In this document: piece by piece, positions 58,926 to 64,000 of the stretch
Numbering within the stretch: the first letter of the stretch is position 1
Layout: each line of letters opens with the position of its first letter
Source of the DNA: an archaeon
Lineage (GTDB): Archaea > EX4484-52 > WAPT01
Length of the DNA: 64,000 nt
Direction: 5' to 3'
Assembly (NCBI GenBank): GCA_029258795.1
Contig: JAPDKB010000009.1
Location: forward strand, 32,001 to 96,000
The notes under the pieces: model-generated
What the model saw: the letters and a program-made list of their open reading frames with translations, nothing else
Told to the model about the DNA's origin: nothing
The model's database searches: none
Program-made: the position numbers and the translations under genes

Positions 58926-59957
58926 ATGAAAGGTGAAATAAAGTTTGGTATTGGCGTTGTGATGGCAGCGATTGCACTAATTGCGGCGCTTTTTGTAAGC
59001 TTTAATCCAAATGTTGAAGCAGCATACAATGCTGAGAACAGCAGCTGGGACAACTCAACGGTGACTGTAAAGATTGGACCGATAACTATGATTGATGTCA
59101 CACCAGAGAAGATGGACTTCGGAACAGCGATTCCGGGAGAAATAATCTCGGTGTATAACGTTACGGATACCACCAATGATCTGGTGAATCTCACAGCATT
59201 CCAGATAGAGAACATAGGCTCCACCAACATCAGCAAGATATGGCTCAACGTCACTAAGCCACGTGAGAATCCATTCGGTACTGGTAATGCCAGCAAGTAC
59301 AACCCGGGAAACTGGCTGGCAGTTAGCATACGATTCTATCCGGAGGGTTTGACAGTGCCCACTCAGGACATGAGCTACATTCACAGAGTGGAGTTCAACA
59401 CATCACAGGAGATAGTGTATCTGAAGAAGCCTCAGAATACCGTTTCATACGGAAGGTTCAGGGTCGGAAGCAATGAGTACTTCTGGGCGCTGACATCATC
59501 GGATGGCTCGTGCCCAACAACCACAGGTTCAACTCTGACATTCATCATAGGAAACTACAGCGAGCCGCACACACAGAATGACACCGGTGACATAGATTTA
59601 ACAGATGGAGATGAGAGAATAATAACCCTAACGTTGAACACCGATGGATGGTTTGTTCCTGCAACAGGGAGCAGCGCGTTAGATTTCAATGGTGCCAATG
59701 AAAACTATATGGTCATAGTAAACGGAAGCTGTAATGAAGTGCACTTCGTTGCATGGGACAGGGACTTTGCGGAATCCGTTGCGAAGGCAGACGTGTCCAA
59801 ACTACCAAACAACGCATCAGTGTTTGATGAAACAATAGCAGGTCAGCCTCTCTATCCAGGTCAGAGCATAGCAATGAACGTACAGCTCAGAATTCCATAT
59901 GGAGTCCCAACGGCAAATTACATGGGCTACATGACGGTTGTGGCGTCAAGAGTTTAA
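58926..59957 (+). CDS. Secreted putative filament subunit, type B1
   Basis: VTVKIGPIT, TP..MDFGTA.PG, QIENIGST, PFGTG, RVEFN, IPYGVP. Confidence 0.8.
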   Translation: MKGEIKFGIGVVMAAIALIAALFVSFNPNVEAAYNAENSSWDNSTVTVKIGPITMIDVTPEKMDFGTAIPGEIISVYNVTDTTNDLVNLTAFQIENIGSTNISKIWLNVTKPRENPFGTGNASKYNPGNWLAVSIRFYPEGLTVPTQDMSYIHRVEFNTSQEIVYLKKPQNTVSYGRFRVGSNEYFWALTSSDGSCPTTTGSTLTFIIGNYSEPHTQNDTGDIDLTDGDERIITLTLNTDGWFVPATGSSALDFNGANENYMVIVNGSCNEVHFVAWDRDFAESVAKADVSKLPNNASVFDETIAGQPLYPGQSIAMNVQLRIPYGVPTANYMGYMTVVASRV

Positions 59958-59967
59958 GCTCGACATG

Positions 59968-60010
59968 AACGCCCTTTAATTTTTTAGGGCGTTTTACACC
60001 TTTTCTTATT
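59968..60010 (+). terminator. Hairpin plus T-rich terminator after pair 1
   Basis: aacgccct-N10-agggcgtt followed by T tracts. Confidence 0.65.
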
Positions 60011-60083
60011 CCTAACTCTTTTTCTTGTTCTTAACAAATATACAAATCCGGTCATCTCACGATTACTCATTCTTAAGTAATCA

Positions 60084-60099
60084 CAAAATCTTTATATAC
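60084..60099 (+). promoter_or_regulatory. BRE/TATA promoter for subunit pair 2
   Basis: caaaatc-tttatata, preceded by the palindrome GATTACT-N8-AGTAATC (60061-60082). Confidence 0.55.
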
Positions 60100-60208
60100 A
60101 CCTTTTGCGTTTAAACATCATTAAATCGCAATATCTCGATATAGTGGTGTGTGTACATTTAAAAGTATCTCAGTATCGAGCTCAAAAGTTATCGAGAGGA
60201 GGAGGTTT

Positions 60209-61264
60209 ATGGAAAAGGGGTTGGCTTTCGGGAGCATTTTGATTTTAATTGTGGTATTGGGGGTCGTTTCCGTTTTGCTGATTGCCCCACCTATCCATTC
60301 TTTATCTTATTCCGCTAACGATACCATAACCATCAACGTAAGTGTAAGGCAGGTAACGCTGGTTGACATAAATCCATCGAATCTAACTTGGACTGATGTA
60401 CCTCCAGGCGGTGTGGGAGATAGCAGCAAAGAAGCCCACAACTACAGTGGCATCTGGATTGAGAATATAGGCAGTGTGAATATAACAAAAGCTTGGCTTG
60501 CAAACACTTATTGGAATGATCCAACAAATAAGGGTCCTTTCGGAACCGGTAATGCTTCCCTTTACGACCCCGCAAACATGGTTGTCGTATCTTTGAATGA
60601 GACGGATCCAAATCAACCCTTCCAGTTTATTAACAGGGTTGAATACCCCGATAGCAACAGGTACAGTGGAGACTTTTACATAAGGTTTGATTCAGGTGCT
60701 AAGTGGGGAAGATTCAGAAACACATCTTACGAGTACTTCTGGGAGGTGGTTCCCGGAGCTTCTGGAAACTGTTCGAATGGAACTCTTGTCATCTCAACGG
60801 TACCGCACACTCAGCAACAAACAGGCACAGTCGATCTTACAACCTCTAATCCAGATTGTGTGAATCAACCAACCGGTTCAACCACTGCACCATGTAGGAA
60901 GGTAACATTAACCACTCTCAGCAGTTACAACGGAGACAATTCCACACTACCCTCCGGTGTTTATGGTGTTGCCGAAATTTCTATAGGTCAGGGAGATCTC
61001 CCCAGATACTGCTTTGCAATAAAGGATGATTGCAACCTAGCAGTATTTGTTAAATGGAACGCCGATTTCGTCGAAGCTGCTAGAAAGGCGGGTGCGTGCA
61101 CACTCAATCCATACCTTTTCGATGGCTCTTCCAATCCGGATCAGGTGCTGGTTCCGGGAGAAATATTCCATGCTTTCGTGCGCGTTTACGTACCATACGG
61201 TGTACCATACGGCACGATAGGCAGCGCAACTCCTAGACAGGTTAGAGTGTACGTGAGCGCGTAA
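60209..61264 (+). CDS. Secreted putative filament subunit, type A2
   Basis: Closest to A1: ANDTITINV, GIWIENIGSVNIT, GRFRN.SYEY, WNAD, VYVPYGVPYGT; GGAGG RBS. Confidence 0.8.
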   Translation: MEKGLAFGSILILIVVLGVVSVLLIAPPIHSLSYSANDTITINVSVRQVTLVDINPSNLTWTDVPPGGVGDSSKEAHNYSGIWIENIGSVNITKAWLANTYWNDPTNKGPFGTGNASLYDPANMVVVSLNETDPNQPFQFINRVEYPDSNRYSGDFYIRFDSGAKWGRFRNTSYEYFWEVVPGASGNCSNGTLVISTVPHTQQQTGTVDLTTSNPDCVNQPTGSTTAPCRKVTLTTLSSYNGDNSTLPSGVYGVAEISIGQGDLPRYCFAIKDDCNLAVFVKWNADFVEAARKAGACTLNPYLFDGSSNPDQVLVPGEIFHAFVRVYVPYGVPYGTIGSATPRQVRVYVSA

Positions 61265-61277
61265 TTAAGGTGAGGAG

Positions 61278-61505
61278 ATGACGAGCGGAACAAAAACGGT
61301 TGAAGAAGCTGTTATGGAAGTGCTTCGGAAAGCGAAAATGCCCATGACCACTTATCAAATTGCGAAGAAGGTTGGAGCGTCTTGGGGGTCTGTTAATACT
61401 GCGTGTTATAAGCTAAAGGATGCGGGACTGGTGGAGAAGGATGTTATAACTCCCCGTGTGGGAAGCGGGAAAAAAGTTGTGTGGTGGGCGAAGAAAAAAT
61501 CATGA
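61278..61505 (+). CDS. Small winged-helix DNA-binding protein
   Basis: PMTTYQIAKKVGASWGSV...LKDAGLV, wing ending VWW. Confidence 0.85.
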   Translation: MTSGTKTVEEAVMEVLRKAKMPMTTYQIAKKVGASWGSVNTACYKLKDAGLVEKDVITPRVGSGKKVVWWAKKKS

Positions 61506-61527
61506 TCATCTCAAAAGGTGAGGATGT

Positions 61528-62454
61528 ATGAGTAGGAAGGGATTTAAGCTGGTGAGTGCCGCAACCTTGATGATTGCGGTGATTGCTGCGGCGTTCCTGT
61601 TGACGGGCACCAACAACCCTGCCGAAGCAGCGACAGTCAGCAATGCAAGTGTTACAGTAAACATAGGAGCCATAACGATAGTAGATATAACTCCACAGGC
61701 AATGAATTTTGGAACAGCAAATCCGGGAAGCAGGTTGTACCAGTACACAGACCCCGACAACGGAATAACTCTGAGCCAGATCCAGATAGAGAATCTGGGT
61801 TCAACAACAATAAGTTCAATACACTTCAATGTAACGCAGCCATCAAGCGACCCGTTTGGTAGCGGGGCTGCATCTAACTACAACACCGGAAACTGGCTGT
61901 TACTGAAGCACACTACAGACACATACTACGCATATGTGGACAGGGTGGAGTGGAACTCTTCATATCCTATAGTTTACCTTGAACCAGGACTGCCAACTAA
62001 CTCCAAAACCTACGGAAAGATCAGGATGGGTAACAGAGAGTACTTCTGGACCATAAACGGAAGCTCAGACTACTGTAACACAACAGGAAACACACTGGTA
62101 ATAGGACAGACACCTCACAACGAGAGCCAGACCGGTACGATAAACCTCGAGAGCGGTGACATAGTGGTCGGAAGCATTCAGGGAGTTGATGCGAACTGGG
62201 GTATCGTTGACGGCATAACAATTGAAGGTGTCAGCTACTGTGTTGCAGTATCTGCAGATTGTAGCACTCTGAGGATTTACAAGTGGAACAAGGACGCTCC
62301 CGGAGCAGGATCGTGTTCCAGTTACAACGATTTCGCAACCAGCATAGCCCCGGGTGCTTCAGTGGTGGCCGACGTAGCATTATATGTGCCATACGGAGTT
62401 CCACAGGGTACTCCAACCACAGGTTACCTAACCGTGATAGCAGAAGCTGCGTAA
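61528..62454 (+). CDS. Secreted putative filament subunit, type B2
   Basis: Closest to B1: VTVNIGAIT, TP.AMNFGTANPG, QIENLGST, YN.GNWL, VPYGVP. Confidence 0.8.
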   Translation: MSRKGFKLVSAATLMIAVIAAAFLLTGTNNPAEAATVSNASVTVNIGAITIVDITPQAMNFGTANPGSRLYQYTDPDNGITLSQIQIENLGSTTISSIHFNVTQPSSDPFGSGAASNYNTGNWLLLKHTTDTYYAYVDRVEWNSSYPIVYLEPGLPTNSKTYGKIRMGNREYFWTINGSSDYCNTTGNTLVIGQTPHNESQTGTINLESGDIVVGSIQGVDANWGIVDGITIEGVSYCVAVSADCSTLRIYKWNKDAPGAGSCSSYNDFATSIAPGASVVADVALYVPYGVPQGTPTTGYLTVIAEAA

Positions 62455-62487
62455 ATGACTTAAAGATTTAGGCACAGGACAAGATTG

Positions 62488-62520
62488 AGGCCATTTTATT
62501 TTTTGGCCTTCCTTTCCTTT
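62488..62520 (+). terminator. Hairpin plus pyrimidine tract after pair 2
   Basis: aggcca-N10-tggcct followed by tcctttccttt. Confidence 0.55.
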
Positions 62521-62541
62521 AACTTTCACCACACATCATGG

Positions 62542-62563
62542 TCCCCCGTCTTCCTGAGGAGCA
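62542..62563 (-). repeat. Right arm of the perfect 22-bp inverted repeat
   Basis: tcccccgtcttcctgaggagca. Confidence 0.95.
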
Positions 62564-62705
62564 GGGCAGCTTTTCAAAGCTGCTCTGCTTCTCTTTAATT
62601 TTTCTGATTCTGATATAATGAGAGGTTAAGATGGCGTTATAATAATATTTAAATATTTTAACTCGACTCATTCTTAATCAAGACAGCCTCTGTGGTCGTT
62701 GCGAA

Positions 62706-64000
62706 ATGGTTAGTGCCAGCAGGAAAGCAGTATCCGGTATCTTTTTTATTTTTTTGATATCCTTCTTAGGGTTTCTTCTCTGCTCTCAAAATTCCAGCTC
62801 TTATGCGGATAGCAATAAACTGCACATTCAGTCGATCGAGGAGGGAAACACATATTACAACATCACGGTTAAGGGGCAAGTAGGAGAGACGTTTAATCTG
62901 GTGATTACTTCTAAGAGCGACGGGAATACTGTATTTTCAAAGAAATCAATTATACCGGAATCCGGAAGCTATTCTTTCATAATTTCCAAAACACTTCTTA
63001 ATGGTGGCGTTGATCAATACAATATGATTGTAACCCCCCTCCAGAAGAACCCTTTGGCTATCCAAACTTCAATTAATGAAGAGAGCAAGAAAACCTTTAC
63101 TAAAAAACCGAGAATAAGGATGGCTGATGCTTACTTAAGAAGTCTTGTTTCAGGTAAAGCTGCCAGAAGGGTAGATATTCCTTCTTTAGTCCTTGAAAAT
63201 CCTGATTTTGCTGAGATATATGTGCTGGAAGCGGAAGTGGGAAAACCTGTTAAGGTTGCTGCTATTAGAAAATATGTTCCAAGTCGGAGTAAGAGTAACT
63301 CTGACCTATACACACTTGGAACAACCTCCGACTCAATGGAGGTTTTTGAGCTCCCTGCTCCTCAAAAGAAAGAATTTCCAATAAAGAGAAGCAGAAGAGG
63401 TGCAAAACAAGTGGTGATTTCTTATCCAGCACATCTCACCAATGTCAAAGCAAGCACAAGCGTTCCGGAAACACTCATAGAGCCACGACTTTATCATGTG
63501 ATCAACGGAAAATGGGTGGATGTTACTGAAAAGGAGAATGTCACGTTCATGGATACGGACAATGATGGCAGGTACGATTACGTGGAATGGATTGTGCCCC
63601 ACACTTCAGAACAGATTTATGTGGTGGGGGAAGGATCAGGAACTGGGAAAGAAAGCGTGAATGTAAGGAGGGATGTACCTTCAGCTGTAGGGACGGGCAA
63701 AAACTTCACTGTCACGCTTGTGGTTTACAATGACGGAGACAAACCAGCTTACAATTTAACGATAAATGAAACATTAAGTAGCGCTGAAGTATGGATTGTG
63801 GCTGATTCTGGAGATGGAAGTGTGAGTGGAAACGTCATTAGCTTTTTCCTTGATGTGCTATACCCCGATGAAAGCCACACGTTCCGTTATGTGATCACAG
63901 CTCCACAAACAGAATCCACACTGCAAATACACTATAACCTCACCTACAATAACGAGAGTGGGGCATTCTTCTCTCTCAGCGACCCAACACCGTCATCCAT
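62706..64000 (+). CDS. Large secreted surface protein (partial, runs off the window)
   Basis: Translated by hand with no stop: MVSASRKAVSGIFFIFLISFLGFLL signal peptide, DTDNDGRYDYVEWIVPHTSEQ, DUF11-like FTVTLVVYNDG. Confidence 0.85.
   Translation, partial: MVSASRKAVSGIFFIFLISFLGFLLCSQNSSSYADSNKLHIQSIEEGNTYYNITVKGQVGETFNLVITSKSDGNTVFSKKSIIPESGSYSFIISKTLLNGGVDQYNMIVTPLQKNPLAIQTSINEESKKTFTKKPRIRMADAYLRSLVSGKAARRVDIPSLVLENPDFAEIYVLEAEVGKPVKVAAIRKYVPSRSKSNSDLYTLGTTSDSMEVFELPAPQKKEFPIKRSRRGAKQVVISYPAHLTNVKASTSVPETLIEPRLYHVINGKWVDVTEKENVTFMDTDNDGRYDYVEWIVPHTSEQIYVVGEGSGTGKESVNVRRDVPSAVGTGKNFTVTLVVYNDGDKPAYNLTINETLSSAEVWIVADSGDGSVSGNVISFFLDVLYPDESHTFRYVITAPQTESTLQIHYNLTYNNESGAFFSLSDPTPSS

Noticed and set aside
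57910-62454. Subunits as archaellins or type IV pilins
   Set aside because: No archaellin or pilin N-terminal consensus, signal-peptidase-I-like sites are present, and there is no assembly ATPase or TadC in the locus
62521-62539. Mini-ORF MMCGES after the right repeat arm
   Set aside because: Six codons only; no evidence that it is coding
1-64000. CRISPR array, rRNA, intein or IS element
   Set aside because: No regularly spaced repeats, rRNA-like sequence, intein motifs or transposase seen by eye

Overview
Archaeal chromosomal window, probably from a DPANN-type and possibly thermophilic lineage (inferred from gene content: adk and cmk are absent from the r-protein superoperon, there are DPANN-style giant surface proteins and non-canonical tRNA introns). 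1-27 kb: cysS, rlmH, the S13-S4-S11-rpoD-L18e-L13-S9-rpoN cluster and the L3...secY...cbf5 ribosomal superoperon, all on the minus strand, with a small decayed island at the 3' end of tRNA-Ser. 27-45 kb: mixed housekeeping and accessory genes (metG, a RimK/protease/DUF1704 cluster, a candidate RiPP precursor plus rSAM-SPASM enzyme, MNT-HEPN, DNA repair, DGGGP synthase, E1 and NcsA). 45-64 kb: a large cell-surface locus. Main observations: (1) four paralogous secreted Ig-like subunits arranged as two A-B pairs, bracketed by a perfect 22-bp inverted repeat and transcribed divergently from a chaperone-like/MinD operon, a candidate new and possibly switchable filament system; (2) all four tRNA genes carry a BHB intron at the same T-loop position (59/60); (3) L32e and S3 share a nearly identical 96-bp charged tail; (4) the candidate RiPP maturase is frameshifted in a T8 tract; (5) a RimK writer with a MATCAP-like eraser. 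All calls come from motif reading and hand alignment; no searches were run.
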